A stretch of DNA of 64,000 bases, taken from NCBI GenBank assembly GCA_053919585.1, contig CM132786.1; one strand, 5' to 3'. Position numbers and translations under genes: made by a program. The stretch is from Euprymna scolopes. Lineage: Eukaryota. This document shows positions 36,641 to 50,172 of the stretch, in pieces (within the stretch, counting starts at the first letter, position 1; every line of letters begins with the position of its first letter). Below the pieces are notes generated by a model that was not told the DNA's origin, made no database searches, and saw only the letters and a list, made by a program, of their open reading frames with translations.

Positions 36641-38179
36641 TATTAAAATATGATTCATAATAAACTATCTGAACGCCCGGTATTTTTTGGTCGTATAATA
36701 CATTTAAACATCATATTTTAATTTATGCAGATTGCGAATGTATTATTATAGAATCAATCTTTTATTGATTATTATATATTACGAAGAATAATTTGTCCGA
36801 TGGACTAATTTGCAAACAGATTTTTTTAAATATTACTGACAATGCCGCTCATTAAATTTTGTCTGTGTTTGTTTACAATGTCATGTCAGCTGGTATTTTC
36901 GCTTGACGATGAATGCCATGGCAAAAGTTATTTCTGATAAACGAAGAAATGATTTGCGGCTATTAAGATGGTACCTTTTCTTATGTGGCATGTACTTATT
37001 TAATTTGAAATTTGTTGCACAGTGTTATTAGACATAGGAACATTTCATTTGTTGCAAAGTGTTATTAGACATAGGAACATGAAATTTGTTGCACATTTTT
37101 ATCTAGAGGTTTGAAAATTATTCATCAAAACATCTCTACTCAGTTCTAAATTGATTACATTTATTAATAGGTCTAAATGTTTATTTGTTTCAATCATAGA
37201 AAGTTCCGTAAGAAATGTTAAATACATAATTTTATTCATTTGTTTTCGATGAGCAAATGAATGTGTGAAAACGTGATTGAGTTCGTGTATTTGTGTGCGT
37301 TTGTGTAACAATGCCTATGCTTATGACTCTGTGTGTGTGTGTGCGTGAGTTCTTGAATGTATAATTAGCAAGCTTTTCCAAGAGCGACAGAGGAACAAGG
37401 GAAGCTGCCACAAAGTAAATGTTCATTCTGTCCTGGAGTTTTATTCAAACTTTTTATTTAAGGTAAAATTTGTCTTTTTATACATTCATAAAAATTCACA
37501 AAAATGCTTCTAATTGTCTTAAGATGTTTTATTTTTTAAAAAATGTTTATATTATTCAAGCGAGTATATGCATCGAGCTATGGGTGCAAAAATGATTTCA
37601 AATATTTTTATTTTAGACACCGAAATGTACAATTAACTTCATAGATTCTATGTCATCATAATGAATACCAGCACTATAATGGTTACAGTTTCAAAAGCAC
37701 TTTTATATTTTGTTTATGTTAAGGAAGAGATCTAGAGATACTACATCAAGGAAGCTTTTAGTGTATCTAAATTTTGTGCAGAAATATGTGCATCTTACCG
37801 GCTTTTAAGATGTGTATCTTCGGTCTTTTAAAAAACACAATATAGCTTATTTTAACACAACATAGCTTATTTTAACATAACATAGCTTATTTATGACCTC
37901 TAAGTTTCATGCTGTTCATTCAATAATTCCTTTCGAATGGACCAGATAAAGATATTGTTGACATTCGCTTCCCTAAATTTTTCGAGTAAGTATTCTTTTA
38001 AGTACGAAATCGGCTACACATAAGAAGGACCAAGTGAAGTTCTAAGTTAAATTGCTTCAATTACACGAACTGGGTTCGAACCAAGTATACCCATGTTAAC
38101 AGTCCCTGTAGGTCACCACGTAATTATCGTCACCTTAAATTTCCGATTATTTCTGAAGCTCAAGAGATTTGCTAAGATT

Positions 38180-41100
38180 TTTACATAACATTGCTGATTT
38201 TAACATAGCGTACTTGATTAAAACATAACATAGCTTATTTTAAAATAATAGCTTGTTTTACATAACATAGACTTTTTTAAGGTAACATAGCTTATTTTAA
38301 CATAACATACCTTATTTTAACATAATAGCTTTTTTAACATAACGTAGCTTATTTTAACATGTGATAGCTGATTTTTACATAAAATAGCTTATTTTAACAT
38401 ATAATAGCTTATTTTAGCACAACATAGCTTATTTTAACATAATATAGCTTATTTAAGCATAACATAGCTTATTTCAACATAACATAGCTTATTTCAATAT
38501 AACATAGCTTATTTTAACATGGCATAGCTTATTTTAACATAACATAGCTTATTCTAACATAACATAGCTTATTTTAAGATAACATAGCTTTTTTAATATC
38601 AAAAAAATAGCCTATTTTTAAATGACATTGCTTATTTTAAGAAAGCATAGCTTATTTAACATAATATAGCTTATTTTAACATAATACAGCTTTTTAAACA
38701 TAACATAGCATCTTTTAACATAACATAGCTTTTTTAACATAACATAGCTAATTTTAAGATAAAATAGCTTTTATAACATAACATAGCGTATTTCAACATA
38801 ACATAGCTTTTTTTAGCATAACATAGCTTTTTAACATAACATAGCTAATTTAACATAGCATAGCTTTTTACATAACATAGCTTATTTTAAAATAACATAA
38901 CTTATTTTAACAGACCATAGCTTATTTTAACATAACATAGGTTTTTGAGGATAACACAGCTTATTTTAACATAATGCAGCTAATTTTTACATAACATAAC
39001 TGTTTTAACATAGCTTATTTAACATAATATTGTTTTTCTTAACATAACATTGCTTATTTTTACGTAACATAGCTTATTTTAAAATAATATAGCTTATTTT
39101 TAGATAACAAAGCTTATTTAAACGTAACAGAGCTTATTTTAACTTAACATAGTTTTTTAACATAAAATAGCTTTTTTTAACATATCATACCTATTTTAAC
39201 ATAACATAGCTTATTTTAACATAACATAGCTCATTTTAACAAAACATAGCTTATTTTAACATAACATAGCTGTTTACAACATAACATAGCTGTTTTAACA
39301 TAACACAGCTGTTTTAACATAACATAGCTTATTTTCACATTACATAGCCTATTTTTAGATAACGTAGCTAATTTTAATATAACGTAGCTAATTTTAACAT
39401 AACATAGCTTTTTTAACATCACATATCTTATTTTAACATCACATATCTTATTTTAACATAACATAGCTTATTTTAAAATAACGTAGTCTATTTTTAGATA
39501 ACGTAGCTTATTTAACATAACATAGCTTATTTTAAAATAACATAGCTTATTTTAACATAACATAGCTTATTTTAACATAACAGCTGTTTAAACATAACAG
39601 CTGTTTTAACATAACATAGATTATTTTAACATAACATAGCTTATTTAAAAATAACATAGCTTATTTTAACATAACATAGCTTATTTTAAAATACCATAGC
39701 TTGTTTTTACATAACATAGCTTGTTTTACATAACATAGCTTATTTTAATATAAGATAGCTTATTTTAACATAACATAGCTGTTTTAACATAACATGCCTT
39801 ATTTTAAGATAACATAGCTTTTTAACATAACAAAGCTTTTTTAACATAACATAGTTTATTTTTACAGAACATAGCTTATTTTATAATAAAATAGCCGTTT
39901 TAACATAACATAGCTTATTTTAAAATAATATAGCTTATTTTTACACAACGTAGCTTGTTTTTACATAACATAGCCTATTTTAAGATAATATAACTTATTT
40001 TTACATAAAATAGTTTTTAACATAACTTAGCTTTTTTAACATAACATAGCTAATTTAACATAACTTAGCCTATTTTTACATAACATAGCTTATTTTAATA
40101 TAAACATAGCGTTTTTAAAATAACTGCTTATTTTAACAGTAAATCACTTTTTTAACGTAACATAAATTTTTTGACATAACATAGCTTATTTTAACATAAC
40201 ACAGCTGTTTTTAACATAAGATAGATTTTTTATACATAGCTTTTTTAACATAACATAGCTTTTATCACATAACATAGCGTTTTTAACATAGCATAGCTTT
40301 TTTAAACTTAACATAGCATCTTTTAGCATAACATGGCTTATTTTAACATAGCATACCTTATTTTCAGATAACATAGCTTTTATAACATAACATAGCTTAT
40401 TTTAACATAACATAGCTTTTATAACATTACATAACTTATCTTAACGAACCATAGCTTATTTTAACATAGCATAGCCTTGTTAACATAACAAAGCTTTTTT
40501 AACATAACATAACTTATTTTAACATAACATAGCTTATTTTAACATAACATAGCTTTTTTAACATAACATAGCTTTTTTAACACACCTTGCTTTTTTTAAT
40601 ATAACGTAGCTTATTTTAACATAACATAGCTTTTATAATGTAACATTACTTATTTAAAAATACCATAGATTATTTTAACATAACATAGCATTTTTTACAC
40701 ACCATAGCTTTTTAACATAGCATAGCTTTTTTTAATACAGCATAGCTTATTTTCACATAACATAACCTTTTTAAAATAACATTTTTTTTTAACATAACAA
40801 AGATGATTTCAACATAACATAACTTTTTTTAAATAACATTGCTTATTGTAACATAACATGGCTTATTTTACCATACCATAGCTAATTTTAACATGATGTA
40901 GCTTATTTTAACACAACGTAGCTGCTTCAACATCACATAGCTTATTTTTACGTAACAGAGCCTAATTTAATATAATATAACTGTTTTTAACATAACATAA
41001 CTTTTAAAACATAACATAGTTTATTTTAACATAACATATCTTAGTTTATAATAAAATAGCCTTTTTAATATAACATAGCTTATTTTAACATATAATAGCT

Positions 41101-42470
41101 TATTTTAAGATAATATAGCTTTTATTACATAACATAACTTATTTTAACTTAACATAGCTTTTTAACATAACATAGCTTTTTTAACATAAGATATCCTTGT
41201 TAACATAACAAAGCTTTTTTAACATAACATAGCTTTTTTAACATAACATAGCTTTTTTAACATAATGTAGCTTTTTTAACATAACATAGCTTTTATAACA
41301 TAACATTGTTTATTTAAAATAACAGATTATTTTTATATAACAAAGCTTATTTAAACATAACATAGCTTTTTTAACACACCATATTTTTTTAACATAACAT
41401 AGCTTATAGCTTTTTGTTAACACAGCGTAGCTTATTTTCACATAACATAGCTTTTTTAATATACATAACTTGTTCGCATAACGAAGCCTATTTTAACAGA
41501 ACATAGCTTATTTAACATAATATAGTATTTTTCTGACATAACATTGCTTATTTAAAGATAAACTAGTTTTTTTTAAAAATAACATTGCTTATTTTAACAG
41601 TACATAACTTTTTAACATAATATAGCTTTTTTCAACATAACATAGCTTTTTTAACTATATGTTATGTTAAAAGATGCTATGTTATGTTAAAAAAGCTATG
41701 TTATCATAGTTTTTTTTAACATAACATAGCTTCTTTTAACATAACATAGCTTATTTTAAAGTAACATAACTTATATTAGCATAACATAGCTTTTTAAACA
41801 TAACATAGCATTTTTAACATGAGATAGCTTTTTAACATAAAATAGCTTTTTTTAACATTACATAGCTTTTTTAACATAACATAGTTCCTTTTTACATAAA
41901 ATAGCTAATTTTAACATAACATAGCTGTTTTAACAGAACGTAGCTTATTTTAACATAACATAGTTTATTTTAACATAACATAGCTTATTTTAACATAACA
42001 TAGCTGTTTAAACATAACAAAGCTTATTTTAACATAACGTAGCTTGTTTTAACATAACATAACTGTTTTAACATAACATAGCTTATTTTAACATAAAAAA
42101 GCTTTTTTAACTTAACAAAGCTTTTTTAACATGACATAGCTTCTTTTATCATAACATCACTTTCTTAACATAACATAGCTTATTTTTTCATAACATAGCT
42201 ATTTTTAACATAACATAGCTATTTTAACATAACATTGCTTATTTTTACATAAAATTGCTTTTTTAACATAACATAGCTTATTTTAACATAACATAGTTGT
42301 TTTAACATAACATAGCTTATTTAAGCATAGCATAGCTTATTTTAATATAGCATAGCTTGTTTTAACATAACATAGCTGTTTTTACATAACATAGCTGTTT
42401 TAACATAACATAGCTTATTTTAAGATAACATAGCTTTTTTTACATAACATAACATAACATAACATAACAC
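38180..42470. repeat. 20-bp satellite (aacataacatagcttatttt)n, about 215 units; three further units at 37835-37892
   Basis: Directly visible tandem array with indel variants in the T tract. Confidence 0.98.
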
Positions 42471-42873
42471 AGAATTTTTAACCTCTACGGACTACTATCG
42501 ACGAGAGATTTTTAATCTCCAACGAGAAAGATGATTTACGAAACAAAATGTTAAATCGGCCGAAGACTTTTTCACAAGTCGAAAGTTAATTGATTGTTTA
42601 AGATAATTTCTATGACATAATTTATATTATTGTTGTTATTTTTTTATTACTCTTTTTTACCCAAACAAGTCATATAATTAAATAATTATGTGTGTTAGGG
42701 GTTTTTTTTCACAATGAATTATTTATCTTAAAGAATAAACAACTTGTTTATTTGTTAAGATAAATAACTAATTTATGTTGGAGAACAACACAAACACCAT
42801 CTGGCATTTGGCTTTATAATTTCTATAATATAATTCAAATATAAAGCGATGTTTATCTAGTCCAAATATTTTT

Positions 42874-42943
<70 letters not shown>

Positions 42944-43795
42944 CATAAAACAACGGTTGATATTCCGTGAAACCTACCAATCATCTAACCTACTTACCGA
43001 GAATTGTTATGTCAAGGACGGTCTTTCCTACACAACCACGATTTGAAGTGAATGGCGGTCTTTTATTTTGCCGTTCAAATTCGTATTTAGTGCGAGTGTT
43101 TGAGATCAAAAGAATGTTTATGATTGCCAATAATCAATTCGCTTTGAAGTGGCAGAAAATATTACTTCCATATTAGATTGTTCCGAAAACTGTGCGAAAG
43201 CATTTCATGGAATTGTTTTTATTCCAGGCGATTGTTCCTCTAAAAGAAACAATGGATATGAGTAAGAGGAGGGAAGCATTAGAGTCATAATGAAAAAAAG
43301 GGTTGGGATGCAGATTACAAAATATATAGAAAGAGGAAATGAGATGTAGGGGGAGGAAGAAAGGAAAGTACCGAAAAGAAAAAAGAAGGAACTAAAGAGA
43401 TAAAGACAGAAAATGAAGGGCGGAAAATTTTAAAATACATCCATTCAAATTGCTTGTTCAGCGATTAGAATGCTATTTAAAAACTTAAACATCAAACATT
43501 GTTAAATAAAGTCGCTGAGACATACGAAAACTGTAACACTTCAGTAAATTGATTGTATTTTATATATATATTCTTATCATGCATTATTTTCTATCTAAGC
43601 AAAGCTTTCCAATTTTTCTGAAGCGTATATTCACGAAATTCCGGTATTTACATAATAATAGTTTATTTCTGTATAACAAAACGGATCTGTAAAAAATGTA
43701 CCGAAATTTTAATATGTTGGACGGGCCGTTAATATAACAAATATAAATATTAATTATAAATGTTTGAATCTTGGAATACAACTATGCTTTTATTA

Positions 43796-43847
<52 letters not shown>

Positions 43848-44485
43848 CGGTTATCTCTGGGAGATCTTTACTGGCTGTGCATCTTTTTCGACCCTTGATT
43901 CTAATTTGGCTTAAAGGTTGCTATAAAGAGCCTGAAAGGAAAACACTCCAATCTTAACAGCTCGAAGTATAACAAAATACCCTTCACGATTCAGCTTTCT
44001 TTCAGATCTTCATATTTCTCATCCTTATACTGATGTTGTTTTCCTGGCAAGCTCTCATAAGGTACTATCAATCTAATCAAAACAGCGGCACAATAGTGGC
44101 AGTTGCCCTATTCTCTTATAATTTTGGGGTAATTATTGTGTCGGCCATGGAGATCTGCTGTGATTATCTAATCGTCATCGTTTCTAAGAATATTTTGTTA
44201 GGTACTAATAATGGGCCAGTTATACACTTAGATCCGATCCACATTTTTCGTCCCTCTGCCTTGGAATTCATGTGATTTCTGATTGCTGTGATCTGCTTCT
44301 TTAAAACCCTGTTGTGTCGGCAGATATATCAGCCATAAGCAACATGAGAAATGTTAAATAATTTTATTCATTTGTTTTCGATGAACAAATGAAAGTGTGA
44401 AAAAGTGATTGAGCTGCATAGTTTTTTGTTTTTCCTTGCACAAAGGACAGATTGAATCGTCCCCATTTCTTCTATTTGTGGAGGG

Positions 44486-45696
44486 TTTTTTTTACAAGGT
44501 AGTCACCACTTATCAAGGCCCGGAAGCCACTCAGAGATAAGGGTTATTGTGTGTACAGTACGTTAGTGTTGGAGATCTGATAAAATGTCTTACTTAAGGA
44601 GGCGGTTCATCAGGAATTGGTTCACATTAGACTTGAAGATATCCAAGTTGTACTCAGGTGGGAAACAGGCAACCGGAACAGAGTTCCACAGGCGTGCACT
44701 TCTAAGAAAGAAGCTTTATTCATGGAATCTACGTTTTGATTTTGGCACAGATAAGTAGTGGGGAAAATTTTTTACAGTGGTTTCAGCTAGGCGGGTGTTT
44801 TTCGTGAAAGATTGGCGATGGGGGACCAGAGATTGGAGTTCAGACGAGCCCATGCCATGGTAGTAACGATAAAACAAAGACAGGCTCGCACCGTCTCTCC
44901 TGTGGGAGAAAGGTTGCAGGGAAGAGAAAAGGGCATCACCCACTAGGCCACGAAGCCTATTTTGTACTCTGTCAAGGCAGGATAGGCTGTTTTTAGCAGC
45001 CCCTGCCCAGATGTGGCAGCAGTACTCCATCCTTGGACGTACTTGGCTTTTATACAGATAGAGAATTATACAGATAGAGAATTGCATCAGTAGTGAGATA
45101 TCTTCTGGAGCGGTAGAAGGATCCTACCATTTTTCCAGCGATCTTGGCAACTGACTTGATGTTCATATTCCATTTCAGGTCAGGATAAAGATCTAGCCCA
45201 GAAGCTAATCAAAACAAGGAGCTTCCCCTATAAGAGAGCCACCCATTTCAATTGATGCCAGATGGGGATCAGAGCGTTGCTGATGTAAGGATAGGAGCTT
45301 GGTTTTAGATGCATTAAAAGTAACAAGGCACCTCCTCCCCCACTGTACCACGCGCTCAAGATCAGAGGAGAGAGAATCTGAGAGAACTTTGTCATTTAGG
45401 CTTTTGAGGTCTTGACATAGATGGTTGTGTCATCAGCATAGATGTCAACGAATGATTTAAGTATGTGTTTTGGGAGATCATTGATGTATATCAGGAAGTG
45501 AGTTGGGTCTAGAATGGACCCCTGAGGGACTCCAGCATTAATATTGATGGCCTCTGATTTCTGCCCATCAACTACTACTCTTATTAGCCTATTGGAGAGA
45601 AATGATTTTATGATCAAGAAAACATTTCCAGTTATGCCGTAGCTGGAAATCTTGTGAAGTAGGCCCTTATGCCATACCTTATCGAAGGCCTTTGAT
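44486..45696 (-). mobile_element. LINE family B 5'-truncated copy
   Basis: [30 protein letters not shown], family-B 3' UTR, poly-T. Confidence 0.92.
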
Positions 45697-47331
45697 GAGT
45701 TTAGTCATTGACGAAAACACGGCGTAAGTTTAGCGTACCATGAAGGTTAACCTTAGTTGTGCCATCTGCCAAATGTCATTCCACACAATGAATCTTTGCA
45801 TAGCATCTTCCTATGTGTCTATTGTCCATGCTATGTCTGTTAAACACCTTTTACGAACCTCTTTCGTTCCTCCTTGCCCCTTATTTCTTTGAATGTTGGC
45901 TATTCCTACTCACGATTCCTTGTCTGAGGGAACCCGCTGTCTTCTTTGAGAAGTAGGTTTTCTTTAGCCTCGTTTGTAGCGTCTCATACTTTCGACTTTA
46001 TTCTTGTTTTAGTTGTATAGTCTTTACCTCTGTTTCCTTATAATTGCCCAGCATCATTTAGAATCTGACTTTGAATTCCTCTGTAATAGACTTAAGCGAA
46101 AATTTTAGCTTAGCTTGTGTGCAATATAAGTTTGATAATGTTGACTCCACCAATTTTCTCGTATCTAAGCAACGCGTTTGTTATCAACTTTTTGTTATTG
46201 GTTAAGCGCCCCTAACATTGCAATCTGCCCTTTTCCGTTATTGACGTCAGCTTTCGGTCGAACGCGAGTGACGAGAAAATAGCTGATTTTTGCTTTTATT
46301 GCCACAACTGTACTCATAGTTATTGTGTATAGGAGGGGAAACCATCGCATAATTAGGATGAGCATGTATTGAAGACTCCAGACTTTGTATTTACCTTGCA
46401 GTAAAGAGAACTTAATCTGTTTTCATACTCTAACCAACTGTTTTGTCATTTTAACCTGTTTGGATTCTTTCAAAGTATCATATACCCAAGCTTTTTGTCG
46501 GTTATTTTGAGATGGTAAAGACTTCTGTACTTCTTAGGCTTAAAGCTCATTCTAGACTAAACCATTAGTTAATCCATTATACTGAGTAAATTGTCGGTCT
46601 CAACTTCCTTTTATGTGAGGATTATAGTATTGTCCATGAAAGCTTCAGTGTTTGTAGTTTGCATTCTACTAATGTAGTAGGGTTTGCATTACTTTGTGCT
46701 GCTTTGAGAATTATCTGCATCACTAAAACGAAAAGTGTGACTTTTTACCTCTTTGTGCATTACTATGTTTATGTTAAACTATTTATGAGAGATTTCTGGC
46801 TATATAAGTCTACTATTTGGTTCAATTGGGATATACTGGTTATAGTATATGTATGTGTGCCTTAAGTGGGTTTCTAAAACGTTTTGTTCCGTTTTTAGTA
46901 CTCCTGAATTTTGTTTGACCAAAATGACTTCCGGCATATTTATATGGCCCTTGAATAAACCGTTCAAGCTCTTTCCACCATCTCAGTCATTTTTTTTGTT
47001 TTTTTTTTTCTTTGCTTTAATAAACTCGCTTTTTCATCAGGATTTGAAACACAGAGCTATCGTTTAAACTATATCTTAATATGTCGGAGATCTGCCACTT
47101 CCGCTATCGTCTGTTATTTTTTTCTTCTTGGCTGGCTATTTTATTTATTTCCCTTTACTTTTCCTATAATGTAATGCACATTCGGTATATAAAATAACCG
47201 CATTTTTCCAACCGTTAATCATACTTTTTTTCTATCTAGCTCTTTATTACATTGTTTATGGTATGGTCAAACATGCATTATTCTGGCGATCGCTTTCCGG
47301 TTAATCGTTGATTCTCGGGAGCTTCAACTCA

Positions 47332-48905
47332 TTTTTTTTTTTTTACATAGGTATCACCACATTATCAAGGCCAAGAGGCCACTCAAGGATAAAGGTTAAA
47401 GAGTGTACAGTAGAAATTGGACATTATAGTAATCATTAGTAATGAAAATTTGGTATGGTTGATAACTTATATGGAACGGCTCATCGAGAACTTATTTACG
47501 TTAGACTTGAAGACAACCATATTGTAGTCAGCCGGAAAGCAGGAAAACGGAAGACAATTCCACAGGCGTGCAGTTCTAAGAAAAAAGCTTTGTTCATGGA
47601 ATCTACGTTTAGGTTTAGGCACAGATAAAGAGTGGGGGGAATTATTGATAGTGTTTACAGCTAGACGAGTGTTTCTTTTGAAAGTTTGGCGATGGGGGAA
47701 CCATAGATTGAAGCTCAGTTGAACACTTTCCATGAAAATAACGATACATCAGAGAAACTCGAAACATCTCTTCTGTGAGATAAAGGTTGCAAGAAAGAGA
47801 AAAGGACATCTCCTACGAGGCTACGAAGTCTATTTTGAACTCTATCAAGGCAGGCCAAGTCCTTTCTAGCAGCTCCTGCCCAGATGTGGCAACAGTATTC
47901 CATCCTTGGACGTACCTGGCTCTTATATAGATAGAGAATAGCATCAGCAGTGAGATATCTACTGGATCGATAGAAAGATCCCACCATTTTTCCAGCGGCC
48001 TTGGCAACAGATTTGATGTACGTGTTTCATTTAAGATCAGGAGTAATGGTCAAGCCAAGAAGTTTGTCAAAACTTGAGGTCTCCTGAAGACGAGAGCCAT
48101 TCATTTCAATTGATGTCAGATGTGGATCAGAATGTTGATGATGTAAAGAGAGAAGCTTGGTTTTAGATGCATTAAAAGTAACCAGCCACTCCTTTCCCTA
48201 TTGTACTACGTGCTCAAGATCAGAGGAGAGAGAATTGGAGAGAACTTGGTCGTTTACTGTCTTAGATGTGCTACCATAAATGGTAGTGTCGTCAGCATAG
48301 ATGTCTACAAATGATGTAAGGATGTGATTTGGAAGATCATTAATGTAGATCAGGAAAAGAGTTGGGCCCAGGATGGACCCCTGAGGGACACCAGCATTAA
48401 TACTGTGAGCTTCAGATTTTTGCCCCTCAACTACTACTCTTATGAACCTATCAGAAAGAAATGATTTAATAATTGAGAAGATATTTCCAGCAATACCATA
48501 GCTAGAGATCTTATGAAGTAAACCTTTATGCCATACCCTATCAAAGGCCTTAGATATGTCAAGAGCAATTGCCCTAGAAAGGTTGCCTCCGTCGAGAGAT
48601 TTGCTAATCCTATGAGATATAACTGTAAGCACATCAGCTGTAGATCTTGCAGAACGGAAACCATATTGAGTGTCACTAAGAAGGTTATTTTTGTTGAGAT
48701 GGTTGATTACTTCTGTATTTAACACAGATTCCAGCAACTTACTCATGACGCACAGCAGACTTATTGGCCTGTACTGAGAGGGGGATGAGCGATCACCTGA
48801 ATTCTGAAATACAGGGCATGCTGATGAAATTTTCCAGGGAGATGGGAAACTATTCTCCTTAAGACAACGTTTAAACAGTTTTGTAAGTATGGGCGCTAGT
48901 TCAGG
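47332..48905 (-). mobile_element. LINE family B2 5'-truncated copy
   Basis: [37 protein letters not shown], 3' UTR, poly-T. Confidence 0.93.
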
Positions 48906-48976
48906 TTTACTGGCTTAATTGCTTGGACATCCAAGGCATTGTAATTTCTCAATATATTTACACGATTGCATATATA

Positions 48977-49449
48977 CAGAGTGTCCAAAAAGTCACCGAA
49001 AGGTTAAAAATTGTTATTTTACTATTAATGATTTGTTTTTCTCTATTTTAAATATTTTACAGATAATATGCTGGAAATTAATTATGGATTATGATAGTAT
49101 TGAACAACGTAAGCATGCGGCGATAGATACCATGCAGCTTCTCAAGCAATGCTTTGGCGACAACATCATCTTTCGCGATGGCAATACCAAATAGCCACAA
49201 CGTTCCCCAGAATTGACTAGCCCCGACTTTTTCTTGTAGGGGTATCTTAAAGAAAGAGTCGGTTAACAAACCCCAAACCGTGAAATTGAAGGAAGGCATT
49301 ATTTTTCATAAATAAAGATTGCTTGAATTTAGCATTTGTTTTATTTCCTCATGCCTTAGTCAAATTGTGTTTTAATTACAGAAATATATCATCAAAAATA
49401 AAGAATCTATTTAAGTTCAAAACACTTCAGTACCCTTTTGGATACCCTG
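48977..49449 (+). mobile_element. Tc1/mariner-superfamily deletion derivative
   Basis: TIRs cagagtgtccaaaa / ttttggataccctg with TA flanks; *PQRSPELTSPDFFL*GYLK (WPPRSPDL motif). Confidence 0.85.
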
Positions 49450-49524
49450 TATATACTGAGTCAATCGCTTTATTGCAGATTAGTAAAATATCAATATTTC
49501 ACTAAATATACGTCACAACAAAAG

Positions 49525-50172
49525 TACGTCTTTTAAACTCCTCGGTCTAACGTTCACAGGAAATATGAGTTGGAGCAATTACATTGAGAGCATTGTCAGG
49601 ACAGCTACGAAGAAGGTAGGTTTTGGCTACCGTGCTAGAAAGCTACTAACGCCCGAATGTATCCTGTACCTCTATAAGGCCACCATTCGCGCATGTATGG
49701 AGTATTGCTGTCATATTTGGGCTGGTGCATCTGCGACTTGTCCCTCGCTCTTAGACAAGGTTCAAAAGAGAGTCACAAACCTGATAGGTCCTGAAATGTC
49801 ATCTAAGATTCAGCCTCTGTCCCATCGACGAAATGTAGCATCCCTCTGCCTGTTCTACAAGTACTTTAACGGTGAATGCTCCGACGAACTGCAAGTACTT
49901 GTACCCCTTCCACGTATATACCCCCAACAAACCCAACAAGCAGCTAAATCCCACCCCTTCAGAGTAGAGATCCCTAGATGTAAGAGAGCCTTCTACTCCA
50001 GTAGTTTCTTCCACAGAACCGCTACACTTTTGATTTCCCTTCCGGGTTCCTGCTACCCGAACTGTACTGACATGCAGAAATTCAAGTGTAACGCGAACCG
50101 ACATCTTGCTGCCCAACTCCCCACATAGGACCCCTGTAGCTTATGTCCCTGATAGCACTCCCCTACATCAAA
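49525..50172 (+). mobile_element. LINE family A 3' fragment; its tail resumes at 53183-53223
   Basis: ORF 49565-50128 is the RT C-terminus; the 3' UTR breaks at ctacatcaaa and continues gtggcaat.. at 53183. Confidence 0.92.

Noticed and set aside
37005-37095. ~36-bp tandem duplication (2.5 copies)
   Set aside because: Ordinary local duplication without unique spacers; not CRISPR-like.
38180-42470. Satellite ORFs (MLKKLCYVK..) as genes
   Set aside because: By-product of the 20-bp repeat, with frequent indels.
42490-42525. cgacga-gagatt..aatctc hairpin as a hammerhead
   Set aside because: Lacks both the CUGA and GAAA core elements.
45700-47100. Possible RTE-like LINE relic on the minus strand
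   Set aside because: Too decayed to support by eye.
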